In this document: one piece after another, positions 40,276-49,087 of the stretch | Layout: each line of letters begins with the position of its first letter | How positions within the stretch are numbered: the first letter of the stretch is position 1 | From: Cyclobacteriaceae bacterium | GTDB taxonomy: Bacteria; Bacteroidota; Bacteroidia; Cytophagales; Cyclobacteriaceae | Assembly (NCBI GenBank): GCA_947457095.1 | Contig: CANGUK010000001.1 | Location: 3,064 to 67,063, forward strand | Direction of reading: 5' to 3' | Length of the DNA: 64,000 bases | Notes under the pieces: model-generated | Database searches by the model: none | Seen by the model: only the letters and a program-made list of their open reading frames with translations | Told to the model about the DNA's origin: nothing | Translations under genes and position numbers: made by a program

Positions 40276-42396
40276 TTATCTTGGGAAAGCTGCAGCAAGA
40301 CCACCGTCCACATTGAGCATGTTTCCAGTGGACTTGTTGAGTAGTCCGCCTACAAAGGCAAAGGCTGCATCTGCAATATCACTAACCTTGACGCTTTCCT
40401 TGAGTAGGGTGCGGTTGGCATAGTATTGTGGGAGATCGGCTACTTCGATGCCATAGGCTTTGGCACGATTTTCTGCCCAGCCACCTTCCCAGATGTTCGA
40501 ATTTTCGATTACCGCATCGGGGTTGACCACATTTACTCGGATTTTATCGTCTGCAAGTTCGGCGGCCATCAGTCGTGACATGTGCAATTGTGCTGCTTTG
40601 GCGGTGCCGTAAGCCACATTTTTTGGTCCTGCTACGAGGGCATTTTTACTTACAATATTTACAATGTCTCCTCCAAGACCTTGCTGCTTCATCAAGGCAA
40701 CTCCCAGTTTGGAGATGCGGAATTGTCCCATTACCAAGAGGTCATTGAGCTTCACCCAATCTTGATCGCTATGGTCTTCAAAGGATTTGGAAATGGATAT
40801 TCCTGCATTGTTGACTACAATGTCCAGCCCTCCAAATTGAAGGGATATGGCCTGGGAAGCGCTGGCGATGCTCTCTGTATTGGTTACATCTAGTTGGAGG
40901 CCGAAGACATTGTCTTTGCCATACTTTTTCTCAAAGGCTGCTGCCGTTTGATCTAGCCGTTCTTGGTTGATATCGGAGAGCACTACGCAGGCTCCTTCCT
41001 GCAAGAATTTTTCTGCGATGCCTTTTCCGATTCCACCCGCACTTCCGGTGATGAGTGCGATCTTTCTGGAAAGCGGTTTTTCCTTTGGCATGCGTTGAAG
41101 TTTTGCTTCCTCCAGCAACCAGTATTCGATGTCGAAGGCCTCTTGAAGCGGCAAGGACACGTAGCTGGATACGGCTTCTGCACCACGCATCACTTGGATG
41201 GCATTGATGTAAAACTCAGAAGCTACCCGGCTGGTTTGCTTGTCTTTGGCAAAGCTAAACATCCCTACTCCTGGCCAAATAATGACCACGGGATTTGGGT
41301 CCCGCATGGCAGGGCTGTTTGCATGCTTGTGTTGCTCGTAATAGGCGGCATAGCGTTCCCGGTAGGACTGAAAAGCAGTTTCCAATTGGGGGCGAATTCC
41401 ACTCAGATCTGAAAGATTGGTGTCTGCAGGAAGGTCAAGAACCAAAGGTGAGATTTTGGTGCGGAGAAAGTGATCCGGGCAGCTGGTTCCCATGGGAGCT
41501 AGTCGTTGCAGATCCTGACTGTTGCTGAATTCCAAGACTACCTCCTTGTCGGTGAAGGTACCCACCATTCGGGAAGCTGAAGATGCCAATCCGCGCAAAA
41601 GCGGTGCGAGTTGAGCGGCTTGGCTTTTCCGTTGATCTGGGGGCAGTGATTTGATTTTTTCTCCTCCGAAAACCGGTCTTTTTTTACCATAGTTTTCAGC
41701 AAGAAATGCAGAGGCAGTTTCAATGACTTCCAAGCTATTGATGTAGCATTCATAGGATGTATCTCCCCAGGTAAATAGGCCGTGACCTCCGAGCATAATT
41801 CCTCGAATGCCGGGATTTTTGTCCAAGGCCTCTCTGAGTTTGAGGCCCAAGTCAAATCCAGGCCGCTGCCAAGGCACCCATGCGATCGCTCCTTTCCAGA
41901 GGGTTTTGGTGATTTCTTCCCCATCCTTGGATGCGGCAATGGCGATGGCTGCATCCGGGTGGAGGTGATCGATGTGTTTGAAGGGCAAAAAGCCATGGAG
42001 CGGCGTGTCAATCGAAGGCGCCTTGGAGTCCAAGTCATAGAGGCAATGCCCAAATAATCCCACCATTTCGTCTTCGTGTTCCAAGCCACGGTAGATGCCT
42101 TTCAAGGCATTCAATTTGTCTACATACAACCCTGCAAGACCAGAGCGGGTCATGGTACCGATATCTCCGCCTGAGCCTTTGATCCACATCACTTCTACCC
42201 AGGTTTTGGTCAAAGGATCCAGTTCTTTTGTTTTACAGGAAGTGTTGCCTCCCCCATAATTTGTGATTCTGAGGTCAGCTCCAAGGAGGTTGGAACGGTA
42301 GAGGAATAGGTCAACTTCATTGCCTTCGAGTTGCGCAGCTTTCTCCTCATTCCAGAGGTAGTTTACGTAGTTAAACTGGGTGTTTGGGGTATTCAT
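40276..42396 (-). CDS. Bifunctional rhamnulose-1-phosphate aldolase / short-chain dehydrogenase (RhaEW/YuxG-like)
   Basis: GGGNTSCK, PSIDT.LH, HIDHLH, PDHFLRTK; SDR TGSAGGIG, NNAG, YGTAK. Confidence 0.93.
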   Translation of the reverse strand: MNTPNTQFNYVNYLWNEEKAAQLEGNEVDLFLYRSNLLGADLRITNYGGGNTSCKTKELDPLTKTWVEVMWIKGSGGDIGTMTRSGLAGLYVDKLNALKGIYRGLEHEDEMVGLFGHCLYDLDSKAPSIDTPLHGFLPFKHIDHLHPDAAIAIAASKDGEEITKTLWKGAIAWVPWQRPGFDLGLKLREALDKNPGIRGIMLGGHGLFTWGDTSYECYINSLEVIETASAFLAENYGKKRPVFGGEKIKSLPPDQRKSQAAQLAPLLRGLASSASRMVGTFTDKEVVLEFSNSQDLQRLAPMGTSCPDHFLRTKISPLVLDLPADTNLSDLSGIRPQLETAFQSYRERYAAYYEQHKHANSPAMRDPNPVVIIWPGVGMFSFAKDKQTSRVASEFYINAIQVMRGAEAVSSYVSLPLQEAFDIEYWLLEEAKLQRMPKEKPLSRKIALITGSAGGIGKGIAEKFLQEGACVVLSDINQERLDQTAAAFEKKYGKDNVFGLQLDVTNTESIASASQAISLQFGGLDIVVNNAGISISKSFEDHSDQDWVKLNDLLVMGQFRISKLGVALMKQQGLGGDIVNIVSKNALVAGPKNVAYGTAKAAQLHMSRLMAAELADDKIRVNVVNPDAVIENSNIWEGGWAENRAKAYGIEVADLPQYYANRTLLKESVKVSDIADAAFAFVGGLLNKSTGNMLNVDGGLAAAFPR

Positions 42397-42627
42397 ACGA
42401 GATGGAAATCAGTTATTCACAAATTTAGTTAGGGTACTAAAAATAATACTTGAGCATGCACTTCTACCTTTAGTAAGGATTCATTGGCTGCCTCTGCTGC
42501 CCTCTTTTTTCAAGAATGCTGCTGAATGATTCAAATTACATTAAAAATCTAAAATCCCGAAGATTTTTTGATTTAAGGTTAAAAAGGTGTGCCAGATTGA
42601 GAAGGGAGTAGGCTTGTTTAGCGTGCC

Positions 42628-42669
42628 AACAAAAAAAACTCCTACCTAGATTCAACCAAGTAGGAGTTT
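42628..42669 (-). terminator. Intrinsic terminator of the DUF2911 gene
   Basis: AAACTCCTAC/GTAGGAGTTT stem with A-tract on +. Confidence 0.7.
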
Positions 42670-42697
42670 AATGAAATAAACCTATTCTCGGAAAAGC

Positions 42698-43294
42698 TTA
42701 AAACTGGTTTTTAAACTGCTCCATTTTTTGATCCACCTGAGTGTCCACCATAAAGGAGACAGCTGCTGTTTCCCAAGCTAGGGTCACTTGTGCTACCTTA
42801 TTATTTCCGGCAGAAATGTGGTACTGAAGACGCTCGGTAGCACCTATAGTGGCAGGAGCTGCTTTTACAGCCACCGCATCGTCCGCAGCAAGTGCTGCCT
42901 CATCGATTTTTCCATCTTTCATGTAGCTGTAGATGCTCTCTGCTTTTTTGTTGAGGTGGATGGTCCACTCACCAGAAGCTGCAGGAGTTACAAAAATGGA
43001 GTACTTACCAGCTGCCAAATTCTTACCACCTACGTTCACCGCAGTGCTGAATTCGATGATGGTCTGGCCATTGGCTCCTGCTCTCCAGCTTTCGCCATAC
43101 TTGATGATTCCACCAAATACTTTTCTGCCTTTCACTGCAGGAGAAGAGTAGTCGATGCTGATTTTAGTGAAGCCAACCACCTGACTTACATGAGCTGCAG
43201 GGCTAGCTGCAGGCTGTTGGATTTGCGCTAGGGCAGAAATGGAACCGATTAGCAAGAATGCCAAGGTCAAGAAAATAAAGTTTTTGTTTTTCAT
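42698..43294 (-). CDS. Secreted DUF2911 domain protein
   Basis: Signal peptide; ASP, IDYSSPAVKGRKVFG, WRAGAN, AGKYSIF. Confidence 0.88.
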   Translation of the reverse strand: MKNKNFIFLTLAFLLIGSISALAQIQQPAASPAAHVSQVVGFTKISIDYSSPAVKGRKVFGGIIKYGESWRAGANGQTIIEFSTAVNVGGKNLAAGKYSIFVTPAASGEWTIHLNKKAESIYSYMKDGKIDEAALAADDAVAVKAAPATIGATERLQYHISAGNNKVAQVTLAWETAAVSFMVDTQVDQKMEQFKNQF

Positions 43295-43372
43295 GAGGGT
43301 ATGATGTGAATTGAATTGTGAAACTAACAAAAATATAAAGGCCCTTGTTTGCCGATAAAATAATTTGTCTAA

Positions 43373-43392
43373 AAACTGATTTTTATCAGTTT
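43373..43392. promoter_or_regulatory. FNR-like palindrome between DUF2911 gene and ppsA
   Basis: AAACTGAT-TTTT-ATCAGTTT perfect 8-bp IR; -7-like TATCTTG at 43412. Confidence 0.65.
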
Positions 43393-43520
43393 AGTAATTA
43401 GCGCTTTCTTCTATCTTGTTTTCGGCTTGAGGCAGGTTACTTCCCTTTTTTTTAAATGGAGTTTTTAGAGCGTATAGTGCAAGCTTTTGAATTTGTTTTT
43501 TACCAAGCATCCAAGATTCT

Positions 43521-45911
43521 ATGCAAGAATTTGTTATTCCTTTTGATCATTTAGGTATTCAAGATGTGGGAAAGGTAGGAGGGAAGAATGCCTCCTTGGG
43601 AGAAATGGTTGTACAGCTCAGTTCCTTGGGAATACGCATTCCCGATGGCTTTGCAACTACCGCTGCTGCTTTTCGACTTTTTCTTCAGGAAAACGGTCTT
43701 GAAGAGGTCATCCAAACTGAATTAGCTCGGTTGGACAGGCATCATTTCTCTAATCTTCAATCGGTATCCACTCAAATCAAGACCCACATCCTCGCCGCTT
43801 CCTTGCCCAAAAAGGTAGCAGAACAGGTGATTGCTGCCTACTGGGAATTGGCCAAAGGATCTGTGGAGGAACTTGGCTTGGCGGTTCGGAGTAGTGCAAC
43901 TGCCGAGGATTTGCCTGGGGCGAGTTTTGCTGGGCAACACGATTCCTTTCTAAATGTAGTAGGGGAAGAGGCCCTTCTAAAAAAGGTTCTTGCCTGTTTT
44001 GCCTCCCTGTACAATGCCCGTGCAATTAAGTACCGGCACGACAAGGGATTTTCCGACTCCACTATCGCACTTTCTGTGGGAATTCAACGGATGATTCGTG
44101 CAGATTTAGCCAGTAGTGGAGTTTTATTTACGCTTGATCCTGAATCAGGGTTTGATCAGGTGGTGGTGTTAACTGGCTGCTGGGGTCTGGGGGAAAACAT
44201 CGTGCAAGGCGCTGTAATTCCAGATGAATTTGTGGTCTTTAAGCCCACTTTACAACACGATAAACGGGCGATTTTATCCAAAAAAATGGGTTCCAAGTCC
44301 AAAACTATGGTCTATGCGGAAGATGGAGGTGTGGTGAATAGAGATACCTCAGTGCAACAGCAGGCGCAGTGGGTGTTGAATGAAGCCGAAGTAGAGCTAC
44401 TTGCGCGATGGGCCCTTTTGATCGAAAATCATTACAAAATGCCCATGGATATCGAATGGGCCAAAGATGGGTTAACTGGAAACTTGTACATTGTTCAAGC
44501 CCGGCCAGAGACCATCCATGCCGGAAAAGATTCGTTGATTCAGTCCGAGTATACCCTTTTAGAACCGGGGAAAGTGTTGGTGTCTGGAGTAGCAATAGGA
44601 AGCGGAATTAGCAGTGGAAAAATAAGGATACTCCATTCTCCTGCGGAAGGACATCTTTTGGAGGAGGGGGAAATTTTACTTACTGAGATTACTAATCCAG
44701 ATTGGGATCCAGTCTTGAAAAGAGCAGCGGCCATCATCACAACGAAAGGTGGCAGAACAAGCCATGCGGCCATTGTGGCACGTGAGCTTGGGACCCTAGC
44801 GCTTGTCGGTGCAGAAGGGGCTTTTGAAGCATTGCATACAGGGGATGTGGTGACCCTGTCCAATACCTCCGGAAAGCTTGGCATTATTTACGAAGGGCAA
44901 CTTAAATGGAAGGAAACTCGCCACGATTTCCGAGGGATGTACTTACCTCTTACCCAAGCCCAACTTATTTTAGCAGATCCTGAGAAGGCATTTTCTGCTG
45001 CATTATTTCCCAATCAAGGGGTGGGACTGATGCGAATGGAGTTTGTGATTACCAACAGCATTCGCATCCATCCCATGGCTTTGGTGCATTGGGAGGAACT
45101 TAAAAATGAATCAGAGAAAGCGGAGATTGCTCGGCTTTGTCGGGAATACAACGACAAAAAGGAATTTTTTGTGGATACGCTTGCTCAGGCTGTTGGGACG
45201 ATTGCCGCAGCTTTTTATCCCAAAGAAGTTATTCTGAGAATGAGTGATTTTAAGTCCAATGAATATGCCCATTTGCTTGGAGGGAGCCAATTTGAAGTAG
45301 CAGAAGAAAACCCCATGCTGGGCTTCAGAGGTGCTTTTCGCTACACGCACGAGCGGTATAAGGCCGCATTTCTTCTCGAATGTCAGGCAGTAAAGCGAGT
45401 AAGGGAGGATATGGGCTTAGACAACCTGAGTGTCATGATTCCCTTTTGCCGGAGCCCAGAAGAGGGAAAAAAGGTACGCGATCTGATGGATTCGGTTGGA
45501 TTAAAGAAGGGAGAAAATGGATTGCAGCTGTATGTCATGGCGGAAATTCCTGCTAATGTGATTCAGGCAGCAGAATTTGCGGAAATTTTTGATGGCTTTT
45601 CCATTGGTTCCAATGACCTCACTCAATTGACTTTGGGAATAGATCGTGATTCTGAAGTTATGGGGGATATTTTTGATGAAACCAACCCCTCCGTGTTGTG
45701 GATGATTGCGGAACTGATCCGTGTGGCCAAATCAAAAGGTAAAAAGGTAGGGCTGTGTGGTCAAGCGCCTAGCGACCGTCCCGAATTCACCCAATATTTA
45801 ATTGCCCAAGGAATCGACAGCATCTCCTTTCAGGCAGATGCCTTGCTAAGCGGAATACAAACCATGCTTGCGGCCGAAAATAAACTGAACAAAACTCAAT
45901 CGAAATCATGA
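43521..45911 (+). CDS. ppsA: Phosphoenolpyruvate synthase
   Basis: VGGKNASLGEM, AVRSSATAED, GGRTSHAAI phospho-His, SIGSNDLTQ, CGQAPSD. Confidence 0.97.
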   Translation: MQEFVIPFDHLGIQDVGKVGGKNASLGEMVVQLSSLGIRIPDGFATTAAAFRLFLQENGLEEVIQTELARLDRHHFSNLQSVSTQIKTHILAASLPKKVAEQVIAAYWELAKGSVEELGLAVRSSATAEDLPGASFAGQHDSFLNVVGEEALLKKVLACFASLYNARAIKYRHDKGFSDSTIALSVGIQRMIRADLASSGVLFTLDPESGFDQVVVLTGCWGLGENIVQGAVIPDEFVVFKPTLQHDKRAILSKKMGSKSKTMVYAEDGGVVNRDTSVQQQAQWVLNEAEVELLARWALLIENHYKMPMDIEWAKDGLTGNLYIVQARPETIHAGKDSLIQSEYTLLEPGKVLVSGVAIGSGISSGKIRILHSPAEGHLLEEGEILLTEITNPDWDPVLKRAAAIITTKGGRTSHAAIVARELGTLALVGAEGAFEALHTGDVVTLSNTSGKLGIIYEGQLKWKETRHDFRGMYLPLTQAQLILADPEKAFSAALFPNQGVGLMRMEFVITNSIRIHPMALVHWEELKNESEKAEIARLCREYNDKKEFFVDTLAQAVGTIAAAFYPKEVILRMSDFKSNEYAHLLGGSQFEVAEENPMLGFRGAFRYTHERYKAAFLLECQAVKRVREDMGLDNLSVMIPFCRSPEEGKKVRDLMDSVGLKKGENGLQLYVMAEIPANVIQAAEFAEIFDGFSIGSNDLTQLTLGIDRDSEVMGDIFDETNPSVLWMIAELIRVAKSKGKKVGLCGQAPSDRPEFTQYLIAQGIDSISFQADALLSGIQTMLAAENKLNKTQSKS

Positions 45912-46666
45912 ATAAATTAACTAATAAATGTGCGCTTATTACAGGAGCTTGCTCTGGAATAGGAAATGCGATTGCCTTACTATTTGCCCTTGAAGGGGCT
46001 AAAGTGGTGGTTGCAGATTTGAACATTGAGGAGGCAGAACGAGTGGCCGAACAAATTCGCCTTCAAGGAGGGCATGCCCTTGGTTTGAAATGCGATGTAT
46101 CCGATCAAGACCAAGTGAAGCGCCTGATTGATGCAGCTATTCATGAGTTTGGAAGCTTGGACATTCTGGTTAATAATGCGGGAATCATGGATGATTTCAC
46201 ACCCTTGGATAAGGTGACGGATGCCCTTTGGGAAAAAATCATGGCTGTCAACGTGAATGGCCCCTTTTATGCAAGCCGGCTTGCACTCGTTCCCATGCTC
46301 AAACAAGGTAAGGGAGTCATTCTCAATATTTCCTCTATAGGGGGGATTGCTGGGTCTCGAGCTGGCTTGGCCTACACCACCTCCAAGCATGCACTCATTG
46401 GGATGAGCAAAAACATTGGATTTATGTATGCCAAAAAAGGAATCCGCTGCAATGTCCTCGCTCCAGGAGGGGTAAATACCAACATCATGAAAGATGCGCA
46501 TCCTGATCCCGAAGGAGCGGTACTGTGCAGCAGTGGTGCAGGCTCCATGCCAAGGATGGGCGAATCAGAGGAACTTGCCAAGGTGGCCTTGTTCCTCGTC
46601 TCCGAGGACGCCTCTTTTGTCAATGGAGAAACGCTCGTTGCCGATGGGGGATGGTTGGCATACTAA
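45908..46666 (+). CDS. Short-chain dehydrogenase/reductase
   Basis: TGACSGIG, NNAG, YTTSK; ATGA overlap with ppsA. Confidence 0.93.
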   Translation: MNKLTNKCALITGACSGIGNAIALLFALEGAKVVVADLNIEEAERVAEQIRLQGGHALGLKCDVSDQDQVKRLIDAAIHEFGSLDILVNNAGIMDDFTPLDKVTDALWEKIMAVNVNGPFYASRLALVPMLKQGKGVILNISSIGGIAGSRAGLAYTTSKHALIGMSKNIGFMYAKKGIRCNVLAPGGVNTNIMKDAHPDPEGAVLCSSGAGSMPRMGESEELAKVALFLVSEDASFVNGETLVADGGWLAY

Positions 46667-46804
46667 GCGATCACTGATTTAAGTGAATCACCCATTCGAA
46701 TCGAAAATGGATGAGTTAAACCAGAAAATAAGAAATAAGTAAAATTCCCTTTCTATCTTAGAAGGGACAAGCATTCCTTAATTCTGGTAACTTCATCTTC
46801 TCCT

Positions 46805-47764
46805 ATGTCTTATTTTTCCCTCCGCGCACTCACCAAATCCTACGACTCACATGTTGCCTTACAGGAATTTAGTCTGGAGCTGGCCAAGGGTGAGTTTGTT
46901 TCCATCATTGGGGAAAGTGGCTCGGGAAAAAGTACGCTACTCCGCATCGCTGCGGGCCTACTGACTCAGAGCGCTGGCGAGGTGCTTCTTGGGGGTAAGA
47001 AAATTGAAAATCCCGCGGAAAAATTGGTACCTGGTTACGACGAAATCAAACTCATCCACCAAGATTACCAGCTATTTCCAAATACCACAGTTGAAGAAAA
47101 CATCACCCGCCCCTTGTTGAATTACGATGAAAACTACCGTAAACAACGGGTAGCACACTTGCTGGATCGACTTGGCTTGACGCCCTACAAAGATCGCCTT
47201 CCAAGACAACTCAGCGGAGGACAGCAGCAGAAGGTGGCTATTGCGCAAGCTTTGGCGGTGGAGCCGGAGGTATTGCTCCTGGATGAACCCTTCAGCCATC
47301 TGGATGCCATCCAAAAACGAAAATTGATCTACGAATTGAAGGAACTGCTTCGGGAGATGGAAACTACCGTGATCTTTGTGACCCATGACTTGGACGATGC
47401 ACTTTGGCTCACGGATTCCTTGGTAGTCCTTCAAAAAGGGAAAGTCACTCAAAAGGGTAACTCCAAGGCGCTTTGTGAGCAACCCAAATCGAAGTATGTG
47501 GCGCGGCTTTTTTCGTCCATCAATGCCCTCCCAGATCGAGAGCAAGCCTTTATCCGACCAGCCGACATTCGTATTCGTACGCGTGGTGGTATCGTAGGGC
47601 ATGTGGTCGAACAACGATTTTTAGTGCATTATAATAGCCTTCTGATTCGCTTAAAAGAAGGAGGGCAGCTGTGGGAGGTGGATGATCCAGCAAGAAAATA
47701 CCAGATTGGGGACCGGGTTTACCTGCATATCCAAGAAGAAAAAGTATTGGTGCTGAAGTCTTAA
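46805..47764 (+). CDS. ABC ATP-binding protein (FbpC/PotA-like), no partner permease nearby
   Basis: GESGSGKS, LSGGQQQ, LLLDEPF, VTHD; C-terminal TOBE-like tail. Confidence 0.9.
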   Translation: MSYFSLRALTKSYDSHVALQEFSLELAKGEFVSIIGESGSGKSTLLRIAAGLLTQSAGEVLLGGKKIENPAEKLVPGYDEIKLIHQDYQLFPNTTVEENITRPLLNYDENYRKQRVAHLLDRLGLTPYKDRLPRQLSGGQQQKVAIAQALAVEPEVLLLDEPFSHLDAIQKRKLIYELKELLREMETTVIFVTHDLDDALWLTDSLVVLQKGKVTQKGNSKALCEQPKSKYVARLFSSINALPDREQAFIRPADIRIRTRGGIVGHVVEQRFLVHYNSLLIRLKEGGQLWEVDDPARKYQIGDRVYLHIQEEKVLVLKS

Positions 47765-47770
47765 TGCACA

Positions 47771-47809
47771 AAAAAATCCCGCCAACAGATTCTATTGGCG
47801 GGATTTTTT
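47771..47809. terminator. Bidirectional intrinsic terminator
   Basis: AAAAAATCCCGCCAA/TTGGCGGGATTTTTT between convergent genes. Confidence 0.9.
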
Positions 47810-47825
47810 GCTTTTAGGTTACTGT

Positions 47826-48350
47826 TTAGGCTTCAGTATCCGTGGCTCCTTCCACATGCCCTTGCTCCAGTTCCTTTTTGGTAGCCTTGCGTACTTCGAT
47901 GACCTTACCCTCAAAGTGCAGGTCGAAGCCAACTAAAGGATGGTTGAAATCCAATAGCAATTCCTCTCCTAAATTTTTCAAAATCTTCGCCTGCATGGGG
48001 TAGCCATTTTCGTCGACTAGCGGAAGAAAGTTTCCCTCCTCTAGCATTTCAGTGCTAAACCCGCGCTCTTTGGAAAATTGCTCCACGGGAAGTGTAATCA
48101 ACAACTCCTCGTCTGCTTCCCCATAGGCTTCTGCTGTAGTCAAGGTGAAGGAAAACTCATCTTCCAATTTCTTACCTTGAAGCAGTTCCTCAAATTTCTC
48201 TGGCAAGCCACTCTGACCAAAGAGGAAATAAAAAGGGTCATCCTCTTCTCGAACTTCCACACTGAAAGGTGCAGATTCAATTTCGTCTTCCTCCTTGCTT
48301 ACCTTAAGTTCGTAGGTAAGCCCTACTACCGTACCGGCTTTGATATCCAT
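47826..48350 (-). CDS. slyD: SlyD-type FKBP peptidyl-prolyl isomerase
   Basis: EAYG, LDFNHPLVG..LHF, VRKAT..EL..GH. Confidence 0.82.
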   Translation of the reverse strand: MDIKAGTVVGLTYELKVSKEEDEIESAPFSVEVREEDDPFYFLFGQSGLPEKFEELLQGKKLEDEFSFTLTTAEAYGEADEELLITLPVEQFSKERGFSTEMLEEGNFLPLVDENGYPMQAKILKNLGEELLLDFNHPLVGFDLHFEGKVIEVRKATKKELEQGHVEGATDTEA

Positions 48351-48361
48351 CTGTGTAATGA

Positions 48362-49087
48362 TTAACTGCTAATTCCGTATTTCAAACGGATAAGAATTCG
48401 TTCTTTAAGTACCTGCCATTTGTTTTTTGCGGTGGATTGCTCCACCGATTTTTTGGCACGGAATAAAAAATATTGGTAATCCTTTTCTTGGAAAAATAGG
48501 GCGTAAGTCTCCATTTTTTCTAGATAAAAACCAGCCACTCCCAAGGTCTGAACTAGGGTTCCAGTGTCTAGCGGCTGGTCAATTACCTGAAGTTTTTCAG
48601 GTTGATTCGCGATCATCCATTCCAAGTACCGAGGTGCAGGAATGTGAATCAGGACTACGGAGTCTGCATGCGCATGACGCTGAATGTTTTCAAATAAGCG
48701 TGCATGTTGGGCTACTGGAATGTGTTCCAATACGTCTGGAAACACAAAAAAATCGAAGGTTTCTCCGGGTAGATTGAAATCGGACATGTCCGACACGTCA
48801 AACTTTAGGTTGCCTTGCTTTTTCCAAAGCACTCGAGCTTTTTCGATACTTTCTGGAGAAATATCTACTGCAAGCACCTTTCCTTGGGGTACTTGGGTCG
48901 CCAAAAGATGGGAAACGGTACCGATGCCGCAGCCTACCTCCAAGATACGGTGATTAGCCTGAAGTCCAGCCAGCTTTGCCTTATCCAGGATACTCAAATG
49001 CCGGGAGTTGATGCCTGTTTTTTCTTGCTTCTCGGCAAATTGGTCGTAGAAGCGAACGACTTTCTCTTGTTCTTCAGCGGCTTGCAT
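48362..49087 (-). CDS. Class I SAM-dependent methyltransferase
   Basis: ILEVGCGIG, VDIS, DVLEHI. Confidence 0.9.
   Translation of the reverse strand: MQAAEEQEKVVRFYDQFAEKQEKTGINSRHLSILDKAKLAGLQANHRILEVGCGIGTVSHLLATQVPQGKVLAVDISPESIEKARVLWKKQGNLKFDVSDMSDFNLPGETFDFFVFPDVLEHIPVAQHARLFENIQRHAHADSVVLIHIPAPRYLEWMIANQPEKLQVIDQPLDTGTLVQTLGVAGFYLEKMETYALFFQEKDYQYFLFRAKKSVEQSTAKNKWQVLKERILIRLKYGISS

Noticed and set aside
47826-47870. SlyD lacking the His/Cys-rich tail
   Set aside because: Tail length is known to be highly variable among SlyD homologues.
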